From the NCBI GenBank assembly GCA_016860985.1, contig BOKM01000001.1:856040-920039 (forward strand): a DNA stretch of 64,000 nt. Direction: 5' to 3'. Position 1 is the first letter of the stretch. Each line of letters begins with the position of its first letter. Source of the DNA: Patescibacteria group bacterium (lineage in GTDB: Bacteria > Patescibacteriota > Dojkabacteria > GCA-002793355). Positions 9,886 through 20,469 of this stretch are shown piece by piece. A model generated the notes under the pieces. The model did not search any database. It had not been told where the DNA came from and saw only the letters and a list, made by a program, of their open reading frames with translations. The translations under genes and the position numbers were made by a program.

Positions 9886-10752
9886 ATGTTTGGAATCATA
9901 TATGGTTTATTAGCTGCTGTTGGTCAAGGGTTGGGCTATGCAGTGTTAAAGAAAAGCTTTTCTGAACGCCCTGCTTCCTTGGCATATTTTTACGATATGC
10001 TGCTAGGTATTCTTATTTGGGTACCTATTTCATTGGTGTTAGGAATTCAGTGGGATATGTTGTCTACTGTTTTTTGGTATGCCTTACTCAGTGCGTTGCT
10101 GGCAGAAGCTTTTGTCTTTTTTGTATTGTCAAAAGGTGATATTTCGCTGACTCAACCGGTATTTTCGACCTATCCATTGTTTACGTTACTTTTCTCTCGT
10201 GTTGTTAACGGAGATATTTTATCTTTACCAGTGATTATATCAATCGTTTTTGTAATGGGTGGAATCATAATTCTTGCTTTCCCGGCCACTTTCGATAAAG
10301 CAGAACTAAAAAAACGTGCCCTACTATTGTGGCCACTTGCCGGAGCTATTGCTGTTGGAATATCGGATAGTGTGTCAAAAAACATATTGGATAAAACTTC
10401 AACAGGCACTTTCCTGTTCTCCCTTGCCTTTGCACAGATTCCAGTAGCAATTGGTTATTTGTGGGCGGAAAAACAGAAGCTTACTGATGTCGTCGACATG
10501 TTCAGAAACTACAAAACCTATCTTTACTCGTTTCTGGGTTCTTTTTTTATTGTAAGTTCACTCGTATTCTTCTGGCTTGCCTTTACGTATACCTCGGCAT
10601 CGATTGCGTCTCCACTTACTGCGACATATGTGGTCTTTGCCCTACTCTTTGGTACACTCATTGTCAAAGAAAAAGTAGCGCGAAAGGATATCATCGGAAT
10701 AGTTATCACTGTACTCGGCGTATTAGCCCTCAGTTTTCTTGTTGCTCAATAG
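9886..10752 (+). CDS. EamA/DMT-superfamily membrane transporter
   Basis: 288 aa, ~10 TM segments in two halves; TAG stop. Confidence 0.55.
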   Translation: MFGIIYGLLAAVGQGLGYAVLKKSFSERPASLAYFYDMLLGILIWVPISLVLGIQWDMLSTVFWYALLSALLAEAFVFFVLSKGDISLTQPVFSTYPLFTLLFSRVVNGDILSLPVIISIVFVMGGIIILAFPATFDKAELKKRALLLWPLAGAIAVGISDSVSKNILDKTSTGTFLFSLAFAQIPVAIGYLWAEKQKLTDVVDMFRNYKTYLYSFLGSFFIVSSLVFFWLAFTYTSASIASPLTATYVVFALLFGTLIVKEKVARKDIIGIVITVLGVLALSFLVAQ

Positions 10753-10756
10753 TTGA

Positions 10757-12073
10757 TTAGCTAATCACTTTTGCTATTTCTTCCAGTGAAATTGCTTTCT
10801 GCTCTTTGGTACGTAAATCCTTGAGCATAACAGTCTGATTCTTTTGTTCTTCTTCGCCAGCAATTACTGCGTACGGTATTCCCTTTTTGTCGGCGTACTT
10901 GAGTTGTTTGTCGAGCTTGTCGGGAGCTGGATACAAATCGGTATTTACACCTGTTGCTCGCAATTTGCTTGCAACTTCGTACGCATACTCAGTTAGTTCA
11001 GTTGAGCCACCTGGGAACTGCGTTACAAGGACTTTGGTTTTTGTTACAAGCTCAGGTAAAAGATTCCAACCCTTCAAGAACTCACCAAGCGTAATATCTC
11101 CCATAGCAAATCCTGTTGCAGCCAAGTCGAATTTCCCATAGATATTGATTAATCTATCAAAGCGTTCGCCTCCAAACATTGAGCGTTTGTTTTCTGGGTT
11201 TTTATCAAAAACTTCGTAAACGAGGCCGTCGCTATAATCAAATCCTCTGATGATTGCTGGATCAAATTCACAGTATTTTATGAGATCTCGTTTAGTGAGT
11301 GCCACGGTAAGTGCTTTTAGGTTTGCGTAGCCTTCGTTTTGTTGCAGAATATTCGTTGGAATAACTTTGTCCAGCGATTCAAATGTTGTGTTCATAAAAG
11401 CTTCGATATCTCTTGCTGCTGCTTGAGTAATCCCAGCCTCGGTGAGCATTTCTTCAAATTCTTCTGCACTTACCTTCTTTCGCTTATCCATAAGCCTGCG
11501 GGCGGTGAGCTGTTGGTCATCCGATAACTTGAGGTAGTCATTAAGCAAAGCAGTAATAATTCTGCGGTCACTAAAGTAAATACGGTACATTGATTCATCT
11601 GCTTTGAATTCCTGCATTATTGTGATGATAAGCGAAAAAATCTCTAGGTCAGCAGATACTTCTGGTACACCAAAAATGTTGGCTTCGAGTTGGTAAAACT
11701 CTCGACCTCTACCCTTTTGAGGTTTTTCAAAACGCCAGTTGTTGCCAATCATGAACCATTTAATCGGCTTTTGCAGTTCTGGGTATCTTGCAGCAATCAT
11801 TCGTACGGTACTTGGAGTTAACTCAGGGCGAATGGCAACACTTCTGCCCCCCTTATCTTCGAAGGAAAACAGTTGGGTATTCACAATTTCTTCTCCTGAT
11901 TTTGATGCAAAAACCTCTAGATTCTCAAGAACTGGAAAATCGTATTCTTCAAAGCCAAAACGCTCGCAGGCCTTTTTCCAAGTAGAAAATATATAGTTAC
12001 GTAGTCGCATCTCTTCAGGATAAAAATCTCGAGCACCTTTGTAAGGTTGAGCTGATAAGTAGTTTGAGTTCAT
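10757..12073 (-). CDS. hisS: histidine--tRNA ligase
   Basis: 438 aa; KGARDFYPEEMRLRNYIFSTWKKACERFGFEEYDFPVLE (HisRS motif 1 region), class IIa core and C-terminal anticodon-binding domain. Confidence 0.9.
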   Translation of the reverse strand: MNSNYLSAQPYKGARDFYPEEMRLRNYIFSTWKKACERFGFEEYDFPVLENLEVFASKSGEEIVNTQLFSFEDKGGRSVAIRPELTPSTVRMIAARYPELQKPIKWFMIGNNWRFEKPQKGRGREFYQLEANIFGVPEVSADLEIFSLIITIMQEFKADESMYRIYFSDRRIITALLNDYLKLSDDQQLTARRLMDKRKKVSAEEFEEMLTEAGITQAAARDIEAFMNTTFESLDKVIPTNILQQNEGYANLKALTVALTKRDLIKYCEFDPAIIRGFDYSDGLVYEVFDKNPENKRSMFGGERFDRLINIYGKFDLAATGFAMGDITLGEFLKGWNLLPELVTKTKVLVTQFPGGSTELTEYAYEVASKLRATGVNTDLYPAPDKLDKQLKYADKKGIPYAVIAGEEEQKNQTVMLKDLRTKEQKAISLEEIAKVIS

Positions 12074-12143
12074 TATTCAATTATAACAAGTAAAATAGGT
12101 AATTAGTATTGTGTGGAATTGCTTTAAATTTGGAAAACAAATC

Positions 12144-12473
12144 CTATTGGCTTTGATGCTTATCGGTTTCGGATTTGTTTTTTAGGCGATCAATAACCAG
12201 TTGGTAGGTTCCATTGCCCCGTTTTAACCATTTGTTTACTCTAGTTACCGTTGCGATGCTAATTCCTGTCTCTTTTGCAACGGTCCTCTGGCTTTTACCT
12301 TCTGATAGTACCTGAGCAACTCGCAAACGCCCTAAAAATTCTGCGATTTCGGCCTCTGTAAAGATATCTTTAAAAAATAGTGAAAGTTCCTGTTCGTTTG
12401 TAAGCGTTCGAAACACATTAACTAAAAATGTTATGTTTTTTTCAAGTGCTCGCGTCATATTGTAATGATACAA
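12144..12473 (-). CDS. TrpR/YerC-like helix-turn-helix DNA-binding protein
   Basis: 109 aa; QRTVAKETGISIATVTRVNKWLKRG matches the TrpR-like HTH. Confidence 0.5.
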   Translation of the reverse strand: MYHYNMTRALEKNITFLVNVFRTLTNEQELSLFFKDIFTEAEIAEFLGRLRVAQVLSEGKSQRTVAKETGISIATVTRVNKWLKRGNGTYQLVIDRLKNKSETDKHQSQ

Positions 12474-12530
12474 TAAACGGGCGAATATTGCAATTTTCGA
12501 CAGGAGTTACGTGTGAAAAATCTGTTAAGT

Positions 12531-13415
12531 CTATTTTTTTGCGACGCGTTCAAATTCCTTTGCCACTTCTTCTAATCCTTTCTGGTTTAGGGAGGTGCAA
12601 TCGGTAAACCATGTGTCAGAAGTATCAAGTCCGTGACCTTCGAAGTGCTGCGCAAGACCAACGATTTTAATCGACTGTGGGTAGATGTTGCTTAGTTCAA
12701 GAATCGCTTCGTTTATTTCATTAACTGCACTCTTTGTATATTCAGTACCGTAATTCGGGATTAATCCCTTACAGAGTGTTGCATCGCCAGTTCCTCCTAA
12801 TGGATCAGGAAGTGTTGCAAGCAGTACGGTGTATCCCTCGGGAAATACTCCAGGACGGGCGGAAGTGAGATCTAAAAAGGTCGAAATTTCTTTTACAACT
12901 TTTGTAGCAATACTGGTAATTGACTCTTTGTTCGTAATCCCGTTCAGCAATGTATTTTGACCTGTAATCGCTGTAAAATAGACATGTTCGGTAATTGGCT
13001 TTGTAAGGTCGTTATAACCAAGAACCGCTTGGTCCCGAAGTGAGGAAATAGTTCTCCCTTGTTCCGCTCTGCTGGTTACTTCAATTTTTCTTGATTGCTT
13101 GGTTTGCAAATAGTCAGAAACTCGTTGCGTATACAGGGGGACGCCATCGGTCGATTTTTCGCCAATTGATATGACTGCTTGAACTGTTGAAGAAGAGGCG
13201 CTCGAAAAGAGTGATACGTCAAACTGGTTCTGCCATAAAAACATTCCTCCACCGGTAAGAACTGCCCCAATTGCGAGAATCCCAATCGATTGAGTGACTC
13301 TTTTTTTTGTTGTCGCAGCCATCATATAACACGAAAGCAAAATTATATGCCGTTGCCCTAGTGTACAACATTTCAGGTGCTTGGCATAGTATTGATTTCT
13401 TTTCAGATTGTGCAA
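12531..13415 (-). CDS. secreted/membrane-anchored hypothetical protein
   Basis: 294-aa ORF; probable start at internal MMAATTKKRVTQSIGILAIGAVL signal-anchor; no clear family. Confidence 0.35.
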   Translation of the reverse strand: MHNLKRNQYYAKHLKCCTLGQRHIILLSCYMMAATTKKRVTQSIGILAIGAVLTGGGMFLWQNQFDVSLFSSASSSTVQAVISIGEKSTDGVPLYTQRVSDYLQTKQSRKIEVTSRAEQGRTISSLRDQAVLGYNDLTKPITEHVYFTAITGQNTLLNGITNKESITSIATKVVKEISTFLDLTSARPGVFPEGYTVLLATLPDPLGGTGDATLCKGLIPNYGTEYTKSAVNEINEAILELSNIYPQSIKIVGLAQHFEGHGLDTSDTWFTDCTSLNQKGLEEVAKEFERVAKK

Positions 13416-13424
13416 GAATGATAA

Positions 13425-14042
13425 ATGAAAAAAACTGCTCTGTTTTTTGTTGCTGTGCTATTTGCAACCACTATTTTTACTACTTCTTCAGTTGCTGCGG
13501 CAACGAAGGAGTTTGGAAGTGAAACGGTTATCCCACTGGTAAATCCGGATGATACTAGTGCAGATAATCAAGTCAGTGGTACGGTTGAGGATAGTGCAGG
13601 AAATTTCTTCTATCGACATACAAATCAAAATCCAGACAAATTGCGAAAAATCGCGTCGGACGGAACTCATGCATGGACGATAGACTTACCTGCAACAGAA
13701 ATAAATGGGTCTCGTTTAGTACCGGATAATCAAGGGGGAATTTATTATCTTTATTATAAAAATGACCCTTCTCCTTCAGTACAAAGTATGTATTTAACAC
13801 ATTATAATGCAAACGGTACAGCAAATTTTACAGAAACGGAGTTGTTGAATACGGCATTTTCGGTACAGACGGAATACGCAGCCGCCAGATCTAATGGAGA
13901 TTTGTATATCATATTTGCAGAACGCAACCATGGAGATTCATTCGGAAAGGTTCTCAAGTTCAAGGTAATGGTTGTAAACACAAGCGGAGCGATCCAAAAT
14001 ACAATGACCACAAGGACCCTAAACCCTACTGAGCATCGATAG
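13425..14042 (+). CDS. secreted protein, N-terminal segment (signal peptide) of a larger interrupted surface protein
   Basis: MKKTALFFVAVLFATTIFTTSSVAAATKE signal peptide; terminates at TAG 14040-14042 in the same frame as the next ORF. Confidence 0.5.
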   Translation: MKKTALFFVAVLFATTIFTTSSVAAATKEFGSETVIPLVNPDDTSADNQVSGTVEDSAGNFFYRHTNQNPDKLRKIASDGTHAWTIDLPATEINGSRLVPDNQGGIYYLYYKNDPSPSVQSMYLTHYNANGTANFTETELLNTAFSVQTEYAAARSNGDLYIIFAERNHGDSFGKVLKFKVMVVNTSGAIQNTMTTRTLNPTEHR

Positions 14043-14102
14043 TGTACAAACAGAGGGACTTCGTACGAAGTTCCATACGACCTCCCCTATAATGGTGGTG
14101 TT

Positions 14103-16637
14103 TTGTGGAGTGCCTGTTGGGAATGGTGTCAAACACAGTTCTTATCAACTCCAGGTACGTGTCAATATAATGCTGATGGTCCTCGAAATTGTTGGGTTAA
14201 TGAATTTCCTGCTGGTGGTGTAGATAACTGTAGTTGGAGCGATTTTGGAAGTGCACCACCCTATTCCGGCTATTCTGGAATGACACAATCTCAAGAAACA
14301 TCAATTGCCGAAACCTTCTTGTCATACAATACACTTGATAATGTCTACCCCATGCTAAGTATACAAAAGGCAGTTTCTGTGAGTGATGGTCTCATTCTCT
14401 ACTATTACCTTTACGAAATGGATTATGACACTACCCCCTCTACCAATACGGCGAGTTATTACATTCAAAAACTTGATGCGACTGGGGAACCTCAATTTGC
14501 AGGCAGGGGAATTGATGTGACTGCTATTCAAGCAGTGAGCGAAATTGCGGATGTGCATGTTTACGAAGATGGTATCGTCACAATCGGAAATTACGATACG
14601 GATCTAGATGGTTATGAGGATACGGTAAAAATGCAGAAATACGATTTCAATTTGACTCCTGCATTCCCCGGAGATGGCGTTGAAGTCTTTCAGCATATTG
14701 ATCCTGCAGTTGGAGTCTACGCGTATTCCACCATGTCTGGCAGTAAAGTAGGCACCTTAATCGAGCTTTGGCATGATTCAATTCCAGCGTCTGGAAATGT
14801 ATATAAGGTTTATACTCAGACAATGGATTTGCTTGGGAATAAGCTCCTTGATACCAATGGTGTTCTTATTGCCGATAGCTCTGATAGTCCAGAGCCAGAA
14901 TATGCATGGGATATTTACCCCGATAATAACGGTGGATTTTACTCATTGGTTTACTATCTTGCGTCTACGCCAAGTCCTGATCGAGTATTTAGGCTTACGC
15001 AAGTAACATCATCAAATGAGATGAAATATTCAACTATTCGAGGGCTACAACTCCCCATTAGTGACAATGATGGATCTCGTATGGTAGTTACTGGCACAAC
15101 GCCATATATATTCGCCTACGGTTTTGGCCCGTATTTCCAAAAAACATATGCGCTGCGTGATGTTTATCAGGTAGACCTTGCAGATGGCTGGACTGCCATT
15201 AATGTAGAAAATGACCGTAACGTCGAAGCAAGTTCAGACTATGGTGCAGATGATGCTACTGTCGAATTGCATATCAAAGTTGGAGGAGAATTAGTTGCTG
15301 GCCCGACTATAGATTTAACTGCCGATAGAAACTGGCTGACTGTCGGAGGGAGTGTTGATGCACCAAATTACAAGAGTATCTTGTTTAATCTCTCAAATGC
15401 AGCGGGAGTAACGGCAGGGCAAAATGTAATGTATGTTCCAAGTCACGCAGATCATCCGAATGTTCGTGTCTGCCCAGGGGCAATAAGTGGGTTTGAAGTG
15501 ATTACTGCTGATTGTGCTGATGGAGTAAATTTCGACGACGGTGATACTCGCACTGTAACGTATCAGTCTGGTGATGCATCAATAACGGCAACAAAAGTAA
15601 CTGTTGATAGTGCTCCATATTGGAAGTTAGTCGGAGCAAAAGGAACAGGGGCTGTAAGCGGTACTTATCCTACTGCGTCTGCGAGTGTTCCTACAGTAAC
15701 GAGTGACAGCGTGGTCGGAATTATTAGTAGTGCAGCCACAGTAAACGGAAATGTCACTAGTGATGGCGGCTCTGCCATCACCGAACGAGGTGCGGTGTAT
15801 TCGAGTACCTCAACTACTCCAACGCTTTCGGACACAAAACAAATTGCGTCTGGTACCACAGGAGCTATGACCTTTGCCATAGTCGGCTTGCAATCTGGTA
15901 CACACTACTACCTGCGAGCGTACGCCACCAATGCAGAGGGGACTGCCTACGGGAGTGTAATTGAGTTTGACACTCCAGCATCGGCAGGTACCAGCCCAAC
16001 AGTAACCACAGGAGCCGTAAGTAGCATCGGAGAAACGGCGGCAACAGTGGCGGGAGATGTAACCTCAGATGGAGGAGAAACCATTACTGAACGAGGTATT
16101 GTGTTCTCCTCATCGAACAATACGCCAACAACGGCAAACGGAAAGTTTACGGCAGCAGGAACGACTGGTGCCTACACGGCAACTTTGACCGGCCTGACGC
16201 TCAATACGATCTACTACGCGAGAGCGTATGCGATTAACTCAGAAGGAACAAGCTACGGGAGTGTGGTAACGTTTAAAACGTTAGAACCGGCAGCCCTTCG
16301 AAGCGTGTACTTTACCTTCAGTAAGTTCCGCTACAACAAGTATGCATCGCCAACGGCACTTCGTTCTGGAGATACGGCATATATCAAGAACTACAACACA
16401 AGCAAGATTAAACTGATACAGGTATTCTTGTACGACTATGCGAAGAAAGGGAACCAAGGGTTTACCAAGTCAAGAGTAACGACGACCTCGATGTTCCTCA
16501 GAACTAATTACAACCTTCCGACGGGTAAGCGATATGCCTACGTAATGAAGTTCCAAGACAAGGCAACAGGGATTGTAGCCACCAAATACTTTGTGGTGTA
16601 CACGACCAAAACATGGAATGGGCAGAGTACGCTGTAG
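14103..16637 (+). CDS. large surface protein with tandem ~90-aa beta-sandwich (FN3-like) repeats; open frame actually begins at 14043 right after the in-frame TAG
   Basis: 844-aa ORF lacking its own signal peptide; two tandem repeats (…TSDGGSAITERGAVYSSTSTTPT…THYYLRAYATNAEGTAYGSVIEFDT / …TSDGGETITERGIVFSSSNNTPT…TIYYARAYAINSEGTSYGSVVTFKT). Confidence 0.55.
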   Translation: MWSACWEWCQTQFLSTPGTCQYNADGPRNCWVNEFPAGGVDNCSWSDFGSAPPYSGYSGMTQSQETSIAETFLSYNTLDNVYPMLSIQKAVSVSDGLILYYYLYEMDYDTTPSTNTASYYIQKLDATGEPQFAGRGIDVTAIQAVSEIADVHVYEDGIVTIGNYDTDLDGYEDTVKMQKYDFNLTPAFPGDGVEVFQHIDPAVGVYAYSTMSGSKVGTLIELWHDSIPASGNVYKVYTQTMDLLGNKLLDTNGVLIADSSDSPEPEYAWDIYPDNNGGFYSLVYYLASTPSPDRVFRLTQVTSSNEMKYSTIRGLQLPISDNDGSRMVVTGTTPYIFAYGFGPYFQKTYALRDVYQVDLADGWTAINVENDRNVEASSDYGADDATVELHIKVGGELVAGPTIDLTADRNWLTVGGSVDAPNYKSILFNLSNAAGVTAGQNVMYVPSHADHPNVRVCPGAISGFEVITADCADGVNFDDGDTRTVTYQSGDASITATKVTVDSAPYWKLVGAKGTGAVSGTYPTASASVPTVTSDSVVGIISSAATVNGNVTSDGGSAITERGAVYSSTSTTPTLSDTKQIASGTTGAMTFAIVGLQSGTHYYLRAYATNAEGTAYGSVIEFDTPASAGTSPTVTTGAVSSIGETAATVAGDVTSDGGETITERGIVFSSSNNTPTTANGKFTAAGTTGAYTATLTGLTLNTIYYARAYAINSEGTSYGSVVTFKTLEPAALRSVYFTFSKFRYNKYASPTALRSGDTAYIKNYNTSKIKLIQVFLYDYAKKGNQGFTKSRVTTTSMFLRTNYNLPTGKRYAYVMKFQDKATGIVATKYFVVYTTKTWNGQSTL

Positions 16638-16676
16638 TGTGGGTTGCATCCTAACCCATAGTTGCTACAATAGGCA

Positions 16677-17993
16677 ATGCGTTTTCTGATTGTAACTCCA
16701 GAAATGGAGGACACAAATTATCGTGGAGTGCAGTTTGTCACCAAGCATGTGCTTAGGGGGCTGTCTGAACAGGGGCACGAAGTAGTCTTGTTAACTAGCC
16801 ACCCGAAGGTCAAAATAAACGTTAAATCAGAAAAGTTACGATGGCGTGTACTCAATACTTATTTTCGGCAGTACTTACAGATAGGTGCGCAGTTAACTAA
16901 AAGAATGGCTCCGCGGGCAGGTACTTTTACTAGTATTTTCAAATTCCTTGTTGCTCTTTTCAGAAAGGCTCCAGTTATTGTAGTGGATAAAACACAGACC
17001 TCAGGATTGAACTTAGTAAAATACATCGATAAAGCTGTTAATCTTCCTTTCTTTTACCGAATGGCAGTTGCAATGCCAAAATTTTTTAGAAAACTAGCTA
17101 TCGAAAAAATTGCAAAACAGGTAAAAGCAGATGTCGTTTACTATACCTTTCCATTAGCTGTTCCTAAACTCTCTTCTAGCAAAGTTATCCATATTATCTA
17201 CGACCTTATCCCATACGAAATAACTGAGGAACCGGTAGAAAACGAATGGCTAAGTAAACTTGCAAAACGAATTGATTACGTTTCTCATAACTCTGATCTT
17301 ATTTTTACTATTTCTCAGGATTCTGAAAACAAGATAAAAGAAGTTGAGCCGCATGCAAAGGTTATGAATATTGGCGCAGCTATGTCGGCCTTCGAATACG
17401 AGCTCGCTGGGTACACTCATGACTCCCCCGTTCTCATAAAAAACAACCTCGTTGGAAAACCTTACCTCCTCTTTATTTCTTCAATCGAAAGACGAAAGAA
17501 CGTTCACCGATTGCTGCAAGCTTTCGTTTCTATTTCCGATAAGACTGATGCTTCACTCGTTATTGTTGGAAACAAAACAGGCGCGTTTAAAGGAATTGCC
17601 GAGGAATTGGATGGAGCTCCGAAAAGTGTCAAAAAGCGAGTTATATTTACAGGTTGGGCATCTGAGTACGACAAATACTCTCTTTTGAAGAATTGTGTTG
17701 CCCTCGTTAACCCCACTCTGTATGAAGGTTTTGGTTTGCAGCCTCTTGAAGCAATGTTAAATCACATTCCTGCAGTTTCTAGTGTTGCAGGTGCGCTTGC
17801 CGAAGTTTGTGGTGACGCTGTCCTAAAGATTCAAGATCCTTATTCTGTACCTGAAATCGCCCATGCCCTACTTCGAATTCTTGAAGATAAAAATCTTCGG
17901 CAAGAGTTGGTCAAAAAAGGAAACATTCAGTCTCAAAAATATACTGAGCAGGTAATGTACAAGCGAATCAAAGAGGCTCTTGAAGCACTCTAG
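16677..17993 (+). CDS. glycosyltransferase family 1 (GT4-like)
   Basis: 438 aa; C-terminal EGFGLQPLEAM and surrounding GT-B fold motifs. Confidence 0.75.
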   Translation: MRFLIVTPEMEDTNYRGVQFVTKHVLRGLSEQGHEVVLLTSHPKVKINVKSEKLRWRVLNTYFRQYLQIGAQLTKRMAPRAGTFTSIFKFLVALFRKAPVIVVDKTQTSGLNLVKYIDKAVNLPFFYRMAVAMPKFFRKLAIEKIAKQVKADVVYYTFPLAVPKLSSSKVIHIIYDLIPYEITEEPVENEWLSKLAKRIDYVSHNSDLIFTISQDSENKIKEVEPHAKVMNIGAAMSAFEYELAGYTHDSPVLIKNNLVGKPYLLFISSIERRKNVHRLLQAFVSISDKTDASLVIVGNKTGAFKGIAEELDGAPKSVKKRVIFTGWASEYDKYSLLKNCVALVNPTLYEGFGLQPLEAMLNHIPAVSSVAGALAEVCGDAVLKIQDPYSVPEIAHALLRILEDKNLRQELVKKGNIQSQKYTEQVMYKRIKEALEAL

Positions 17994-18727
17994 ATCGTGT
18001 TGGTTGCGCTTTTGTAAACCTCAATGCCCTCTTTTACTGAGTTGTAGGTAGTTACTTTGCCTTGATTTACAATAAGTAATTTTTTGCAAAATCCTTCAAT
18101 TGTTGGTAAAGAATGCGAGATAAGCAGCAGTGTTTTTCCTTGTTGCTGTAACCGTTGAAAAATCGCTTTACTCTTTTCTTGAAATGCCAAATCACCTACT
18201 GAGAATACTTCGTCAAGTAGGTAAATGTCTGCTTCTGACATAAAAGCGATAGAAAAAGCGAGCCGTACTTGCATTCCAGACGAATAATTTTTTAGAGGCA
18301 AGTCAATAAACCGTTCTAGTTCAGCAAATTCGACAATTTCATCAAATTTCTTTTCTAAAAATTTGCGGGACATTCCAAGTATGATGCCGTTAAGAAAAAC
18401 ATTCTCTCTCCCGGTTAATTCTGGGTTAAAACCGACCCCAAGCTCAAGGAAGGGAACAACCTTACCTTGAATGATTATCTTTCCAGAATCGGGGAGATAA
18501 ATTGATGCAAGCAACTTTAGGAGTGTTGACTTTCCAGCACCATTGACTCCTACAATTCCAACGGTATCACCATTTTCAATTTCGAAACTACAGTTATCGA
18601 GTACTTTTAATGTATCCTGCTCTCTTTTTGTAGCAAAAGGGTTTGACAGAAATTCGGTAATCGATGTTTGTTTACGGTGTGGAATCTTAAACGACTTCGA
18701 GAGATTTTTGACTGTTATGGCAGGCAT
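17990..18727 (-). CDS. ABC transporter ATP-binding protein, polysaccharide/teichoic-acid exporter type (Wzt/TagH-like)
   Basis: Walker A GIVGVNGAGKSTLLKLL, ABC signature YSSGMQVRLAFSIA, Walker B IYLLDEV; 245 aa without C-terminal carbohydrate-binding domain. Confidence 0.8.
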   Translation of the reverse strand: MPAITVKNLSKSFKIPHRKQTSITEFLSNPFATKREQDTLKVLDNCSFEIENGDTVGIVGVNGAGKSTLLKLLASIYLPDSGKIIIQGKVVPFLELGVGFNPELTGRENVFLNGIILGMSRKFLEKKFDEIVEFAELERFIDLPLKNYSSGMQVRLAFSIAFMSEADIYLLDEVFSVGDLAFQEKSKAIFQRLQQQGKTLLLISHSLPTIEGFCKKLLIVNQGKVTTYNSVKEGIEVYKSATNTI

Positions 18728-19488
18728 TAGAAAAATTCAGCGATTTTAGGTAAGGTCTTTTTGAACACAACGTACCCTGCAAAAGTAAAGACAACGATGA
18801 CGGCAGATAGTACAAGTACAGAGACCAAATTCGGTGCATCAACAGATGGGAGTAATCCACTTCGAATAAGTGTGAGCAACGTAACCAACGGATTGAAGTT
18901 TTTGATTAAGTTTGCAATGTGAGGAGGGAGCTGTTCAAGTGAATAGAAGACTGGTGTTGCCCAGAAAATGAGTTGTAGGAGCAACTCGATAAGATGCTTT
19001 ATGTCGTGGTATTTAATACTAATAATACTTGTATAGAAAGCAATTCCTAGTAAGAACAAAGATAGTAGCAGAAATCCAATTATGAAATTGTACCAATGAG
19101 CCGAAAAAAGCGTCTCTTTAGAAGCAATTCTAAAAGAAAAGTATATTCCAAGATTTATTAAAAAGTTTACCATTGCGATAGCAATGGCACTAAGTACTAC
19201 TATCTCTCTCGGAAAATTAACCTTAAGAATTATGTGTGCTTTATTGAAGAGTGATTGCAGCCCAAAGTTCACGCCTTCGGTAAAGTAGCTCAACGTTAAA
19301 ATCCCGAGCAAAAGATACGAAGCATAGTTTTCAGTATTGCCAAAAAGAGAGGTCCAAATGGTGTGTAAGACGACGTAATACGAGAGTGGTTTAAGTATCA
19401 CCCACAAAAATCCAAGATATGAATGCTTGTAACGAAGCTTGAAATCAGTCACAAAGAACTCTCTGAGGAGGTCAGCGTAATTTCCCAT
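18727..19488 (-). CDS. ABC-2 type exporter permease (Wzm/TagG-like)
   Basis: 253 aa, 6 TM segments, ATGA-coupled to the ATPase gene downstream. Confidence 0.7.
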   Translation of the reverse strand: MGNYADLLREFFVTDFKLRYKHSYLGFLWVILKPLSYYVVLHTIWTSLFGNTENYASYLLLGILTLSYFTEGVNFGLQSLFNKAHIILKVNFPREIVVLSAIAIAMVNFLINLGIYFSFRIASKETLFSAHWYNFIIGFLLLSLFLLGIAFYTSIISIKYHDIKHLIELLLQLIFWATPVFYSLEQLPPHIANLIKNFNPLVTLLTLIRSGLLPSVDAPNLVSVLVLSAVIVVFTFAGYVVFKKTLPKIAEFF

Positions 19489-19551
19489 TATTCGATTGTA
19501 CTATACTTACATATTATTTATAATCGAACATAATTTTGGTGTGTGTAAGAA

Positions 19552-20469
19552 ATGTTTAACAAATATATCAATAAAGCAAAAAAATTTGCAATCGAAATGC
19601 TCCATGGTACCAAAACGATTCAATCTCGCTTGGAAAATCTAGAAAGGATGTTGGAGTTATTCAGAAACGAATACAAGTTCTCACCAAGAAATGTCTTTAT
19701 GATTAATGAAAATATTGGAATTACTAAAATTGAAACGGGACAGAAGCTCTTTATTGACCGAAATGACTTATCACTTGCCCCGCACTTGGTACTTGATGGC
19801 AGATGGGAACCCTCAGTAGCAAAATGGCTAATGGAAAACTATGACACTGCTTCAACATTTCTTGATGTAGGGGCAAACTTTGGATATTTCTCAATATATT
19901 TAGCATCTGTAACAGATAATACTCGCGGAGGTAAAGTAATTGCGATTGAGCCAAATCCGCATATGTCTGACCTCATTCGTAAAAGTGTTTCAATTAATGG
20001 ATTTGATAATCGAGTTAAAATAGTTGCGTGTGCTGTCGGCGATGAAAAGTGCGAACTACCTTTGTATGAATCAAAAGATGGTTTACTTGGGAGCACGACA
20101 CTTCGTAAGACTAATAGTTACATAAGACAAACTAAGTTGGTCGAAGTCGATACGCTAGATTCTATTATTGCAAATGAAAAAATTGAAAACATCGGACTAA
20201 TCAAAATGGATATTGAAGGATTTGAAGAAAAGGCATTCAAAGGAATGGCTAAATTAATTGCAAATAATAAATCACTTAAAATTTTGTTAGAGTTCTCTCC
20301 ATTACTATATGAAAAACCAATCATATTCTTTACAAAGATACTAGACAGTTTTACCTATATTGCGGTGCTTGATGAGGACGGAAAGGAAATACCAATTGAC
20401 AGATACGAGCAGATTGTAGAATATTCAAGACTTGGTCATTGTGACATTGTTATGTACAACAAATCATGA
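19552..20469 (+). CDS. FkbM-family SAM-dependent methyltransferase
   Basis: FLDVGANFGYFSIY SAM-binding motif and overall FkbM-domain layout; stop overlaps next start (ATGA). Confidence 0.6.
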   Translation: MFNKYINKAKKFAIEMLHGTKTIQSRLENLERMLELFRNEYKFSPRNVFMINENIGITKIETGQKLFIDRNDLSLAPHLVLDGRWEPSVAKWLMENYDTASTFLDVGANFGYFSIYLASVTDNTRGGKVIAIEPNPHMSDLIRKSVSINGFDNRVKIVACAVGDEKCELPLYESKDGLLGSTTLRKTNSYIRQTKLVEVDTLDSIIANEKIENIGLIKMDIEGFEEKAFKGMAKLIANNKSLKILLEFSPLLYEKPIIFFTKILDSFTYIAVLDEDGKEIPIDRYEQIVEYSRLGHCDIVMYNKS

